64,000 bases of DNA from an uncultured Acidobacteriota bacterium (GCA_963725325.1 CAVRYF010000014.1:810390-874389); one strand, 5' to 3'. Positions 39,272-48,812 are shown, numbered from the stretch's first letter. Numbers and translations are program-made. The notes: a model not told the origin generated them from the letters alone.

Positions 39272-39501
39272 CCCCCTGACCTCCTCTGGCCTCTGGTTGC
39301 CAGATCGAGAGCAACGGGCGAGCCATCGCGTTTCCTGATGTTTACGGCACCGCGCGCGGCAGCGCTTCAAGCTCCCGCAGTTCCGATTGGGAGAATTTCA
39401 CCAGTCCTGGGAAGAAATCCCGGTGGGGTCAGGTTGCGTCCGGCTACCGGCACGCTTCATGCGATGAAGCTCTGGCGCTACGAAATCGGAAGGAGCCCAA
39501 T

Positions 39502-40077
39502 ATGGCAAGACCTGTCGTCGCCGAGTCCTGGAGAAGGTCGGTCCTCCTGTGCCTCTTCTTCGCGGCAATGACGCAAACGGCCTGGGCTCAGGGGATCGCT
39601 GGTTCGTTCGAGCAATTGAAGGTGCTCGTCCGGCCGGGAGACACCGTGACCGTCACCGAGACGACCGGACAGGAGCTCACTGGCAAGATCGACGAACTAT
39701 CGTCCTCGACGATCGCCCTGCTGGCGGGAGGCACGCGCCGGGTCCTGAGCGAGGGCGACGTCAGGACGGTTCAGCAGCGGCACAATGATTCTCTTGCCAA
39801 CGGCGCACTCTATGGGCTCGCCATTGGAGCCGGCGCGGCAACCGCCCTGATCATTGCCGTTGCGGCTGTTGATAGCGAAGAGGTGGACGCCGGCCTCGCC
39901 GCACTGGCGATCGGAGCCTACGGTGGCATTGGCGCCGGCGTCGGTGTCGGCGTGGATGCATTGATCAGGAAGCGACATGTGATCTATCAGCGGCAGTCAC
40001 TCGCCGGGGTGCAGGTTGGAATCGCACCGTGGCTGACGAGTCAGCGGAAGGGAGTGCTCGTTACGCTGCGCTTCTAG
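39502..40077 (+). CDS. Hypothetical secreted/membrane protein with Gly/Ala-rich hydrophobic segment
   Basis: AGGAG lies upstream. It has a signal peptide (LLCLFFAAMTQTAWAQG). No motif was recognised. Confidence 0.5.
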   Translation: MARPVVAESWRRSVLLCLFFAAMTQTAWAQGIAGSFEQLKVLVRPGDTVTVTETTGQELTGKIDELSSSTIALLAGGTRRVLSEGDVRTVQQRHNDSLANGALYGLAIGAGAATALIIAVAAVDSEEVDAGLAALAIGAYGGIGAGVGVGVDALIRKRHVIYQRQSLAGVQVGIAPWLTSQRKGVLVTLRF

Positions 40078-40095
40078 GAGTAGCCCCGCACTGCG

Positions 40096-40701
40096 TCACG
40101 AATGACGGCCGTCGCGGGCGGCCTCGGGATCGTCGGCGGGGTCCTTCTTCAGCGCGAGTCGCAGCACTGGTAGCTGCCGGCGATATCCCTCGGCGTCGCC
40201 GTAGTCGACGAACTCGTGATAGCGGGGGTGCGGCGCCCGGACGCGCTTCGCGTGTCTGATCGGACACCGGTACCTTTCGGTACGCCCCGCCACCTCGCGC
40301 ACGTACGCGAACAGCCCGTTCGCGTACCCGCAGTACACGCAGTTGAGCTTCTCGATGCCATTCAGGTAGGCCAGGTGGTGGCGGTCGATCACGATGTAGG
40401 CCGATCGGCGAACCCGGGCCACGCCGTAGATCGGAAAGCAGACACGCTGGTAAACCGTGATCCAGATGTCGAGCAGCGCAATCGGCACGATCATCGAAAA
40501 GATCAGCGGCGCCGTCAGCGCATTCGGAATGCTGCTCTCGCGCAGGAAGGTCCGAATTCGTTGCTTGAGGCGCTGGTGCGCCAGGCGGGCCTGGTGCTCG
40601 AAGCGGATGCGTCCGGCAACGATGCGATAGCTCCACTCGGCGCGCGTGCGATTGAGCTCGTACTCCAGCTCGCGCTCGAGCTGCGCCATGTGTTCCATCA
40701 A
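40096..40701 (-). CDS. Hypothetical membrane protein (coiled-coil N-terminus, two TM helices, CVYC...C motif)
   Basis: The ORF is intact with good codon bias. It is divergent from the SNF2 gene. No family was recognised from memory. Confidence 0.5.
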   Translation of the reverse strand: MMEHMAQLERELEYELNRTRAEWSYRIVAGRIRFEHQARLAHQRLKQRIRTFLRESSIPNALTAPLIFSMIVPIALLDIWITVYQRVCFPIYGVARVRRSAYIVIDRHHLAYLNGIEKLNCVYCGYANGLFAYVREVAGRTERYRCPIRHAKRVRAPHPRYHEFVDYGDAEGYRRQLPVLRLALKKDPADDPEAARDGRHS

Positions 40702-40816
40702 GTCGTCGATGCGGGATGGTATTGAGGCTCCTCTTTTTCGTCATGCCGGACGGCGCGAAGGGAGGCAGTATGACAGAACGGACCCGTTGATATAATCGAT
40801 CGCTTCCCCCACGATC

Positions 40817-43800
40817 ATGCCTCGCAGCCTTGCAACAGCGGTCCGCCGATTTGTCAGCGCCACCTCGCGTGCGCGCGGCGAGTCGTATTTCACGAACGGC
40901 CGCGTCTCCGCCACGCGCGCGAATTCGACCACCTTCGCGGCCCTCGTGCGGGGCACACGTGCGTACAACGTCTCGCTGACGCTCGACGAGCATCGCCTCG
41001 TCGTCGACTGCTCCTGCCCGTACTTCGAGGACTCCATCAACGCGTGCAAGCACATCTGGGCCGTGATTCTCGCCGCCGATCGGGCGCACGCGTTTCAGGT
41101 GCCGGCCGAGCTTTTCCTCGACGTCCACGACGTCCGGATCGATGCCCTGTCGCCATCGCCCCTCACGCCGCCACCCCCAGCGCCACGTCCTGACTGGCAG
41201 GCCTTCCTGTCGCAGGTCACGCCTCCCCGGCCCGAAGGGCCTCCATTGCGGCTGCTCCTGCCAGGCGAGCTGATCTACGTTGTCGACCTCGTGCGTTCCG
41301 CGACGGCAGACGGGCTCCTGATCGAACTTCTCACGCGCGAGCGAAAGAAGTCCGGAGAATGGGGAAGGCCGAAGGCCGTGACCATCAATCGTCACGACAT
41401 CGCGACGCTGCCAGACCAGCGCGATCGGCAGATCCTCGACGCGGTCTGCGGCGCTACGCACGCGCATAGCTATTTCGGGCCGGCCTGGAGTGGGTACAGC
41501 GTAGGCATGCCCGTACCGGCCGCGTTCGTGCTGAACCTGACCCTGCAGCGGGATCTCGCGCGTCGGCTCGCCGAAACGAGCAGGCTGCTGTTGCGCCAGC
41601 CGGCGACCCCCGGAAGCTCGCACGGGAAGACCGTGCTCTCACCCATCGAGTGGGACCCGCAACCCGCGCAGTTCCAGCTGCGCATCACGGGCGATGCCAG
41701 TAGGGGCTATACCATCGGCGGCGAGGTTCACCGCGGAGACGAGGTGCATGCCGTCAGCGATGCGATGTTCGTGACCGGAGCGCTGATCCTGTGGCGTCCG
41801 GTCGAACCCGGCGACCCGCCTCGCCTGGCCGCATTCGACACGGGCGGTGCGGATCGGTGGATGGCCGGCCTCCTGGATGTCGGCTCCGTCACGGTGCCGG
41901 CATCGGACGCGGTGGCACTCGTTGAAACACTCGCGGTTTCCGATCTCGCGCGGCTCGAATGCCCCGAGGAACTGCGCGTCGACGCACGCGTCGAGCCTCC
42001 TCGCCCCGTCGTCCGCATCACGAGGCCAACCGCCGGTGACCCCCGGTGGTACGCATCGTCGGACCATCGACTCGAAGCGAAGTTGTCGTTCGCCTACGGC
42101 GAGTGTGAAGTGGATGCCTGGTCCGAGCAGCCGGTGTTCTTCGAGCCCGCGCGTCGGGTGGCCTGGCGGCGGGATCGGGAGGCGGAGCGTGCCGCATTCG
42201 CGCGGCTGCAGACACTCGGCGTTCGCCGACTCGCCGACTGGCAGAGCGGTGGGACCCGGCTGGACCTCGCCACGGCGCAGCTGGCGTCGGTCGTCCGGGC
42301 GCTGCTCTCGGAAGGCTGGCGCGTGGAGGCCGAAGGGCGGCTTTATCACCGGCCGGGTGTCGTGTCGCTGGACGTGCGGTCGGGCATCGACTGGTTCGAG
42401 CTGCACGGCAGTGTCGACTATGGCGGCGCGAGCGTCGATCTGCCTACGCTGCTCGCCGCGGTGCGGCGCGGCGACTCCTTCGTCCCCCTCGGCGACGGCA
42501 CGTTCGGCCTGCTCCCGGAGGACTGGCTGGCGCGCGCGGCACGCCTGACCGCTGTCGGCACGCCGGTCGCGGATCACGTGCGATTCTCGTCGTGTCAGGG
42601 GGCCCTGCTCGACGCGTGGCTCGCAACCCAGCCTGCGGTGTCCTTCGACGAGGCGTTCGCTCGCGCGCGCGCCGAGCTGGCGCGGTTCGAGGGCGTGGCG
42701 GCGATCGATCCACCGAAGACGTTCCGTGGCGTCCTGCGCGACTACCAGCGCGACGCGCTCGGGTGGTTCGATTTCCTGCGCCGCTTCGGATTTGGCGGGT
42801 GCCTCGCCGACGAGATGGGCCTCGGGAAGACCGTCATGGTGCTCGCGGCGATGGAGGCCCGTCGCGCGGAACGCGAGCGGGACCGTCGTCCAACCGTCCC
42901 ATCGCTCGTCGTCGTTCCGCGTTCGCTCGTATTCAACTGGCAGCAGGAGGCCGCGCGCTTCGCGCCCCGCTTGCGCGTGCTCGACTTCACGGGTGCCGGC
43001 CGCCGCGGCGCCCTCGACGCCATCGCGGAGCACGATATCGTCCTGACCACGTATGGAACGCTGCGGAGGGACGTCGGACTCCTCAAGGAAATCGCATTCG
43101 ATTACGCGATCCTCGACGAGGCGCAGACCATCAAGAACTCGCGGACCAGCTCGGCCAAGGCGGCGCGGCTCCTCAAGGCCACGCACCGGCTGGCGCTCAG
43201 CGGTACGCCAGTCGAGAACCACCTCGGAGAGCTCTGGAGCCTGTTCGACTTCTTGAATCCCGGCATGCTCGGCGCGGCGTCGGTCTTCGCGGCGGCGACC
43301 ACAGCCGATCCGAAGGCAAACGACGGGACGCTGGAGATGCTGGGCCGCGGGCTTCGGCCGTTCATCCTGCGGCGGACCAAGGAGATCGTGGCCGCCGAGC
43401 TGCCGGCCCGGACCGAGCAGACCTTGTACTGCGACCTCGAGCCCCCCCAGCGCGCGCTGTACGACGAGCTGCGTGACCACTATCGCGCGGCGCTCCTTGA
43501 GAAGAGCGCCCCGGTCGGGGCGCTTGGGGAGAAGAGCGCCCCGGTCGGGGCGCTTGGGGAGAAGAGCGCCCCGGTCGGGGCGCTTGGGGAGAAGAGCGCC
43601 CCGGTCGGGGCGCTTGGGGGGAAAAGCGCACCGCTCGGCCTCGGCCGGTCGAAGCTGCAGATCCTCGAGGCGCTGCTGCGCCTGCGTCAGGCGGCGTGTC
43701 ATCCCGGCCTCGTCGATCGCACGCGGGCTGTCGATCCGTCAGCGAAGCTCGACCTCCTCGTGCCGCGGCTGCAGGAACTCGTCGAGGACGGCCGCAAGGT

Positions 43801-44242
43801 GATCGTCTTCTCGCAGTTCACGACGCTGCTTGGTTTCCTGCGCACGCGGCTCGACGAAGCGCAGCTGACCTACGAGTATCTCGACGGAAAGACGAGGGAT
43901 CGAGAGGCGCGCGTCCGGCGGTTTCAGGGCGATGGATGTCCGCTGTTTCTCGTCAGCCTGAAGGCAGGCGGCCTCGGCCTCAATCTCACCGCCGCGGAGT
44001 ACGTCTTCCTGCTCGACCCCTGGTGGAACCCGGCCGTCGAGGCTCAGGCGATCGACCGCGCACACCGCATTGGGCAGACGCGGCCCGTATTCGCCTTCCG
44101 GCTCATCGCGCGCGATACCGTCGAGGAGAAGGTTCTCGAGTTGCAGGCTACGAAACGACAACTGGCCGAAGCTATCGTGCGCGCCGACGCCAGCCTGATC
44201 CGCAATCTACGGCGAGAGGATCTCGAGCTGTTGTTGTCGTGA
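40817..44242 (+). CDS. SWIM zinc-finger SNF2-family helicase/ATPase
   Basis: The SWIM motif is DCSCPYFEDSINACKHIW. SNF2 motif I is LADEMGLGKT and motif II is DEAQTIKN. The helicase C region is SLKAGGLGLNLTAAEYVFLLDPWWNPAVEAQAIDRAHRIGQ. Confidence 0.9.
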   Translation: MPRSLATAVRRFVSATSRARGESYFTNGRVSATRANSTTFAALVRGTRAYNVSLTLDEHRLVVDCSCPYFEDSINACKHIWAVILAADRAHAFQVPAELFLDVHDVRIDALSPSPLTPPPPAPRPDWQAFLSQVTPPRPEGPPLRLLLPGELIYVVDLVRSATADGLLIELLTRERKKSGEWGRPKAVTINRHDIATLPDQRDRQILDAVCGATHAHSYFGPAWSGYSVGMPVPAAFVLNLTLQRDLARRLAETSRLLLRQPATPGSSHGKTVLSPIEWDPQPAQFQLRITGDASRGYTIGGEVHRGDEVHAVSDAMFVTGALILWRPVEPGDPPRLAAFDTGGADRWMAGLLDVGSVTVPASDAVALVETLAVSDLARLECPEELRVDARVEPPRPVVRITRPTAGDPRWYASSDHRLEAKLSFAYGECEVDAWSEQPVFFEPARRVAWRRDREAERAAFARLQTLGVRRLADWQSGGTRLDLATAQLASVVRALLSEGWRVEAEGRLYHRPGVVSLDVRSGIDWFELHGSVDYGGASVDLPTLLAAVRRGDSFVPLGDGTFGLLPEDWLARAARLTAVGTPVADHVRFSSCQGALLDAWLATQPAVSFDEAFARARAELARFEGVAAIDPPKTFRGVLRDYQRDALGWFDFLRRFGFGGCLADEMGLGKTVMVLAAMEARRAERERDRRPTVPSLVVVPRSLVFNWQQEAARFAPRLRVLDFTGAGRRGALDAIAEHDIVLTTYGTLRRDVGLLKEIAFDYAILDEAQTIKNSRTSSAKAARLLKATHRLALSGTPVENHLGELWSLFDFLNPGMLGAASVFAAATTADPKANDGTLEMLGRGLRPFILRRTKEIVAAELPARTEQTLYCDLEPPQRALYDELRDHYRAALLEKSAPVGALGEKSAPVGALGEKSAPVGALGEKSAPVGALGGKSAPLGLGRSKLQILEALLRLRQAACHPGLVDRTRAVDPSAKLDLLVPRLQELVEDGRKVIVFSQFTTLLGFLRTRLDEAQLTYEYLDGKTRDREARVRRFQGDGCPLFLVSLKAGGLGLNLTAAEYVFLLDPWWNPAVEAQAIDRAHRIGQTRPVFAFRLIARDTVEEKVLELQATKRQLAEAIVRADASLIRNLRREDLELLLS
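43499..43648 (+). repeat. In-frame 30-bp tandem repeat, four perfect copies plus one degenerate copy, inside the SNF2 gene
   Basis: GAGAAGAGCGCCCCGGTCGGGGCGCTTGGG occurs 4 times (43499-43618), encoding (EKSAPVGALG)4. A diverged fifth unit GKSAPLGLGR follows. Confidence 0.95.
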
Positions 44243-44253
44243 CGCGAGATGGA

Positions 44254-45312
44254 TCAATTCAGGTAGGCGTCGACGGTCACGATTGACCCGTCTTCACGGT
44301 ACTTCAGCTCCGTCACCTTGATGTTGCGCAGGTGCGTCTGGCCGTTCGAGATCTGGGCGTCGTGATAGAAGAGATACCACTTGCCCTTGAACTCCACGAT
44401 CGAGTGGTGGTTCGTCCAGCCGAGGACCGGTTCGAGGATCTTGCCCTTCACCGTGAACGGACCGTAGGGTGACGTGCCGGTGGCGTACATGATGAAGTGC
44501 GTGTCGCCCGTCGAGTAGGAAAAGTAGTACGTCCCCTTGTACTTGTGCAGCCAGGACGCTTCGAAGAAGCGGCGTCCGTTGTCGGCCGCCGTCAGCGGCT
44601 TGCCCTTCTCGTCGAGGAGGACCACATCCTTCGGTGCCTCGGCCAGGCTGACCATGTCATCTCCGAGGCGTGCCACCTTCGCGCTGAGCGCCGGCTGGTC
44701 TTTGGCCGGATACACATCCTCGGCCTTATAGGCACCGCTGGCCCAGCGCTGCAGCTGCCCGCCCCAGATGCCGCCGAAGTACATGTAGTACTTGCCGTCG
44801 GTGTCCTTGAAAACGGCGGGGTCGATGCTGTACGTGCCCTTGATGGCGTCCGCCTGCGCGATGAACGGGCCGGCGGGATTGGTTCCGACGGCGGCGCCGA
44901 TCCGAAACACATCCTGCTTGTCCTTCACCGGGAAGTACAAGTAGTACTTGCCGCCCTTTTCGGCCGCGTCCGGCGCCCACATCTGCCGTCCCGCCCAGGC
45001 GACGTTCTTGATGTCCAGCGCGACCCCGTGATCGGTGACCTTGCCTCCCACCCCGTCCATCGAGAACACGTGATAGTCGCGCATCGCGAAATGGCTGCCG
45101 AGATCGTCGGCTGGAACACCCGCATCGATATCGTGTGATGGGTAAATGTAGATCTTCCCGTTGAAGACGTGCGCTGAAGGGTCGGCCGTGTAGATACCCG
45201 GAATGAGCGGCTGAGTGAGGAACTTTGACGGATCAATCTTCGGCGCCTGCGCCGCGAGCGCCGAGGCCACCGCGACGACGGTCAGTAGGCCTGCCATTCC
45301 CGATCGATTCAT
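44254..45312 (-). CDS. Secreted glycoside hydrolase family 43 (beta-xylosidase/arabinofuranosidase-like)
   Basis: It has a signal peptide (MAGLLTVVAVASALAAQAP). The YTADPSAHVF and MWAPDA blocks carry the expected acidic residues, with a five-bladed propeller pattern. Start 45312 has GAGGA upstream; the track ORF start 45387 overlaps mscL. Confidence 0.85.
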   Translation of the reverse strand: MNRSGMAGLLTVVAVASALAAQAPKIDPSKFLTQPLIPGIYTADPSAHVFNGKIYIYPSHDIDAGVPADDLGSHFAMRDYHVFSMDGVGGKVTDHGVALDIKNVAWAGRQMWAPDAAEKGGKYYLYFPVKDKQDVFRIGAAVGTNPAGPFIAQADAIKGTYSIDPAVFKDTDGKYYMYFGGIWGGQLQRWASGAYKAEDVYPAKDQPALSAKVARLGDDMVSLAEAPKDVVLLDEKGKPLTAADNGRRFFEASWLHKYKGTYYFSYSTGDTHFIMYATGTSPYGPFTVKGKILEPVLGWTNHHSIVEFKGKWYLFYHDAQISNGQTHLRNIKVTELKYREDGSIVTVDAYLN

Positions 45313-45353
45313 AAGTCCTCGCCGCGACGGCATGTCGCCGTTCGCAAAAGCCT

Positions 45354-45794
45354 TCACACCGCTGCTGGTTTGACCTCTGAGGTGCACGCGAGACAGCGCG
45401 TCGCCTTGAGCGGAATCTTCGACAGGCAGAACGGGCAGTCACGGGTGTCGACCACGACCGGCGCCGGTCCCTTGAGCCGGTTGACCTGCTTCACGAGCAG
45501 GAACACGGCAAACGCCACGATCAGGAACTCGAGGCAGGTGTTCAGAAACAGGCCGAAGTTGAGCGTGGGCGCGCCGGCTGCCTTGGCCTCCGCAAGCGAT
45601 GCATACGTCGCGCCGTTGAGGGCCACAAACAGGCTGCTGAAATCGACGCGGCCGAGGGCCATGCCGATCGGCGGCATGATGAGGTCGTTGACGACCGACG
45701 TCACGACCTTTCCGAACGCGGCGCCGATAATGACGCCGACTGCCAGATCGATGACGTTGCCCCGGGCGGCAAAGTCGCGAAATTCCTTGAACAT
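45354..45794 (-). CDS. mscL: Large-conductance mechanosensitive channel with C-terminal CxxC...CxxC tail
   Basis: The N-terminus [40 protein letters not shown] is diagnostic. The tail is [23 protein letters not shown]. Confidence 0.9.
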   Translation of the reverse strand: MFKEFRDFAARGNVIDLAVGVIIGAAFGKVVTSVVNDLIMPPIGMALGRVDFSSLFVALNGATYASLAEAKAAGAPTLNFGLFLNTCLEFLIVAFAVFLLVKQVNRLKGPAPVVVDTRDCPFCLSKIPLKATRCLACTSEVKPAAV

Positions 45795-46023
45795 GGCTAC
45801 CCCTTGTTGACGGACGCCGATCGTGTCGCCGACCGGATATTACGTCGTCTTCACGGGCGGAAACCAGTCTCGACGGTCCGGCGCTCGGCGTTCGGCGCTC
45901 GGGAAGGCCCGAAACCTGAGCTCTGAGCCCCCGTCTTGAGCCTCTCCCAGTACGTATGCTAAGTTCATAGCACCTTTTGCCGACTTCATCCGTCTAAGGG
46001 TTGTGGACAACAGACAGACACTC

Positions 46024-46413
46024 ATGAAAACGCCGCCCCATCACGAGCTCAGCCGTAGAGAACGGCAGATCATCGATATCCTTTATACGCGCGGCCGCGG
46101 CACGGCCGCCGAGGTCCAGACAGCCCTGCCGGACCCCCCCAGCTACTCAGCCGTGCGCGCGATGCTGCGGATTCTCGAAGAAAAAGGCCATGTCCGGCAC
46201 GAGCAGGACGGGCCCCGATACGTTTACCTGCCGACCGTGGCGCGCGACAACGCCAAGCGGTCTGCCCTCCGCCACATGTTGCGGACCTTCTTCGACGGCT
46301 CGGCGGAACAGGCCATCTCGGCGCTGCTCGACGACTCCTCGACCAAGATGTCTGACATCGAACTGGACCGCCTGGCCAGGATGATCAGTGACGCCCGCAG
46401 GACCGGAGCCTAG
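46024..46413 (+). CDS. BlaI/MecI/CopY-family winged-helix transcriptional repressor
   Basis: LSRRERQIIDILY...TAAEVQ...SYSAVRAMLRILEEKGHV.HEQDGPRYVY.P is typical of the family. An alternative GTG start is at 46003. Confidence 0.85.
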   Translation: MKTPPHHELSRRERQIIDILYTRGRGTAAEVQTALPDPPSYSAVRAMLRILEEKGHVRHEQDGPRYVYLPTVARDNAKRSALRHMLRTFFDGSAEQAISALLDDSSTKMSDIELDRLARMISDARRTGA

Positions 46414-46415
46414 CC

Positions 46416-48812
46416 ATGAATGTAGTCGCTGAAATGAACGCGTTCGTGAACGGACTCGACGGCCTCTGGCTGCCAGCCGTCGACGCCCTGATCAAGGTCA
46501 CGCTCGTCCTCGGCGTCGCGGGTGCCGCGGCGCTTGTGCTCGGTCGCGCGTCGGCCGCGCTGCGCCATCTGGTGTGGACGCTGGCGCTCACGAGCGCGCT
46601 GGTGCTTCCGGCCCTCTCCATCGCGCTTCCCCGTTGGCAGTTGCCGATCGTCACGCTGACGAGCGAGGCTGCGCCGGCAGCAGCCGAGGCCATGGCGACC
46701 GCCCCGTCACTGTCCCGCCGCACGCGGACGTCTGACGCCGTCGTCATCACGAAAGGCGATGCCTCGGCCGCAATCGCCCCGTCAACGCCAGCGGCAGCCG
46801 TGCCTCCCGTCGTCCGCGTCACGCCCCGCATTTCTCTGACGATGGCGCTCGTGGCGATCTGGGCGGCCGGGGTTCTCGCCGTCGTCGGCCGTCTCGTGGT
46901 CGGCATCATCGCCGTCCAGTGGATGTCGCGGCGAACCGTGCGTGTCGTCGACGCCCCGTGGCTGCCGCTCGCGCTGGAGCTGGCCTCCAGCCTCGGCATC
47001 ACGCGGCGACTGGTGTTCCTCGAGAGCGCCCGCGCGACCATGCCGATGGCGGCGGGCGTCTTCACGCCGTCGGTGCTGATGCCGGAGGATGCGAACTACT
47101 GGCCGCTCGAGCGGCTGCGCATTGTCCTCCTGCACGAGCTCGCGCACGTGAAGCGCCGCGACTGCCTGACGCACGTCATCGCGCAGCTCGCCTGCGCGCT
47201 GCACTGGTTCAACCCGCTCGCCTGGATTGCCGCGCGGCACATCAGGACCGAGCGCGAACGGGCGTGTGACGATCTGGTCCTCGCCTGCGGAACGCGGGGA
47301 CCGGACTACGCGGAGGAGCTGCTCGAGATCGCGCGTGTCATGCGCGGCGGCCGTTGCCCCGCTCTCCTCGCCGGCGCAACGCTCGCCATGGCCCATCGTT
47401 CGCAGCTCGAGGGACGTCTCATCGCGATTCTCGATCCGAAGGTGCCGCGCTCGAGTGTGTCGCCGGTCAGGGCGGCGCTCGTGGCGGCAGCAGTGGCGTG
47501 TGCGCTGCCACCCCTCGCGGCGATGCAGCCCTGGGCGGTCACCACCGTCGAGGCGACGGCAGCCGTCCCGTCCAGCGTCCTGCCCGCCGACGCAGAGACG
47601 CGCGCGCCGCAGGTCATGGCTGCTCCAACGCCGCAGCCGCAACCTCGTCCCGCGCCGTCACCGCGTCCCGAGGCCGCGTCGTCATTCGGATCGGAGATCG
47701 CTCAGACCGTGGCGGACTCGGTCCGCGACAGCGCCACGCAGGTAATGGTTCAAGGCGCCGTGCAGGGCGCCGTGCAGCAAGGTGTCCAGTCGGCGGTGCA
47801 GGGCGCTGTTCAGGGCGCACTACACGGCATCGACGTGGGAGCCATCGAGCAGGATGCGAAGCGTGCGTCCGCCGATCCCCGGATGGTCGCGGCACTGACG
47901 GCCGCGCTCAAGGACTCCGACAAGGATGTCCGCGAGACCGCCATGCATGCGCTCGTGCAGCTGCGCGATCCGTCGATCTTCGAGCCGCTCGTGCAGGCCC
48001 TGAAGGATCCGTCGCCCGACGTCCGTGAGCAGGCCGCGCATGGTCTCTCGCAGCTTCGTGACAAGCGGGCGGTAGAGCCGCTGATGGGCGCGCTGAAAGA
48101 TTCGAACGCCGACGTTCGTGAAAGCGTCATCCACGCGCTCAGCCAGCTGCGCGATCCGCGGGCAGTCGACGGGCTCATCGGCGCGCTCAAGGACGAGAAT
48201 CCGAGCGTGCGCGAGCAGGCGGCGTTCGCGCTCGGCCAGCTGCGCGATGCCCGCGCCGTCGATCCCTTGATCGCGGCGCTGAAGGACTCGAACAACGACG
48301 TCCGCCAGCAGGCGGCGTTTGCGCTCGGGCAGTTGCGCGACAAACGGGCTGCCAGCGCGCTTGCGGGCCTGATCAAGGATACCGACGCGGACGTCCGTCA
48401 GCAGGCCGTGTTCGCGCTCGGTCAGCTGCGCGACGGGTCGGCCGTGGACGGTCTCGTCCTCGCGCTGCGCGACGCGAAGCCCGACGTCCGCGAACAGGCG
48501 GCGTTCGCGCTCGGCCAGATCCGTGACGCGCGCGCTGTGCCGGCCCTGATCTCGTCGCTCAAGGACGAGGCGCCGGATGTGCGCCAACAGGCAGCCTTCG
48601 CCCTCGGCCAGATTCGCGATCGCGGAGCGGTCGAAGCGCTCGTCATCGCCATCAAGGATCCATCGGCCGACGTGCGGGAACAGGTCGCGTTCGCGCTCGG
48701 GCAGATTCGCGATCCCCGGGCCATCGACGCGCTCACGGGAGCGCTGAAAGACACCAGCGCGGACGTGCGGCAGCAGGCAGCGTTCGCAATCGGTCAGCTC
48801 GCTCGGCAATAA
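46416..48812 (+). CDS. BlaR1/MecR1-like M56 membrane metalloprotease fused to a C-terminal 10-unit HEAT-repeat domain
   Basis: It starts 2 nt after the BlaI-like stop. It has three N-terminal TM helices, the zinc motif LLHELAHVKRRD, a fourth TM (VRAALVAAAVACALPPLAA), a Pro-rich linker, a (GAVQ)n stretch and ten 31-aa HEAT units. Confidence 0.85.
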   Translation: MNVVAEMNAFVNGLDGLWLPAVDALIKVTLVLGVAGAAALVLGRASAALRHLVWTLALTSALVLPALSIALPRWQLPIVTLTSEAAPAAAEAMATAPSLSRRTRTSDAVVITKGDASAAIAPSTPAAAVPPVVRVTPRISLTMALVAIWAAGVLAVVGRLVVGIIAVQWMSRRTVRVVDAPWLPLALELASSLGITRRLVFLESARATMPMAAGVFTPSVLMPEDANYWPLERLRIVLLHELAHVKRRDCLTHVIAQLACALHWFNPLAWIAARHIRTERERACDDLVLACGTRGPDYAEELLEIARVMRGGRCPALLAGATLAMAHRSQLEGRLIAILDPKVPRSSVSPVRAALVAAAVACALPPLAAMQPWAVTTVEATAAVPSSVLPADAETRAPQVMAAPTPQPQPRPAPSPRPEAASSFGSEIAQTVADSVRDSATQVMVQGAVQGAVQQGVQSAVQGAVQGALHGIDVGAIEQDAKRASADPRMVAALTAALKDSDKDVRETAMHALVQLRDPSIFEPLVQALKDPSPDVREQAAHGLSQLRDKRAVEPLMGALKDSNADVRESVIHALSQLRDPRAVDGLIGALKDENPSVREQAAFALGQLRDARAVDPLIAALKDSNNDVRQQAAFALGQLRDKRAASALAGLIKDTDADVRQQAVFALGQLRDGSAVDGLVLALRDAKPDVREQAAFALGQIRDARAVPALISSLKDEAPDVRQQAAFALGQIRDRGAVEALVIAIKDPSADVREQVAFALGQIRDPRAIDALTGALKDTSADVRQQAAFAIGQLARQ
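47874..48809 (+). repeat. Coding tandem array of ten 93-bp (31-aa) HEAT/PBS-lyase-type repeats
   Basis: The unit consensus, read from the translation, is D.RAV..LI.ALKD...DVRQQAAFALGQLR. The first unit begins with the GAT at 47874. Confidence 0.9.

Noticed and set aside
39454-39470. Small palindrome GCTTCAT-GCG-ATGAAGC upstream of the gene at 39502
   Set aside because: A 7-bp arm in a 230-bp GC-rich intergenic region could easily occur by chance. No second copy or recognisable regulator supports it.
43499-43648. Possible CRISPR array (30-bp direct repeats)
   Set aside because: The repeats are contiguous with no spacers. They are in frame within a helicase gene, and no cas genes are present.
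41639-43702. 687-aa ORF antisense to the SNF2 helicase (includes a mirrored PKRPDRGALL repeat)
   Set aside because: The sense strand has the complete SWIM, SNF2 and helicase-C motifs. The antisense repeat is simply the reverse translation of the 30-bp tandem repeat.
40817-44242. SNF2 helicase as part of a phage-defence system (DISARM, Zorya or BREX-like)
   Set aside because: No methyltransferase, PLD nuclease, DUF1998, ZorABC-like or other partner genes are adjacent. Neighbours are a GH43 gene, mscL and a small membrane protein. SWIM-SNF2 proteins commonly occur as stand-alone genes.
45795-46023. Search for a BlaI-type TACA/TGTA operator upstream of the BlaI-like gene
   Set aside because: Only a 6-bp TACGTA palindrome was seen (around 45952). 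That is too short to call an operator without comparative data.
47820-48809. Long minus-strand ORFs (329 aa and others) across the HEAT array
   Set aside because: They are periodic only because they mirror the 93-bp coding repeat. The plus-strand frame gives well-formed HEAT units continuous with the M56 domain.
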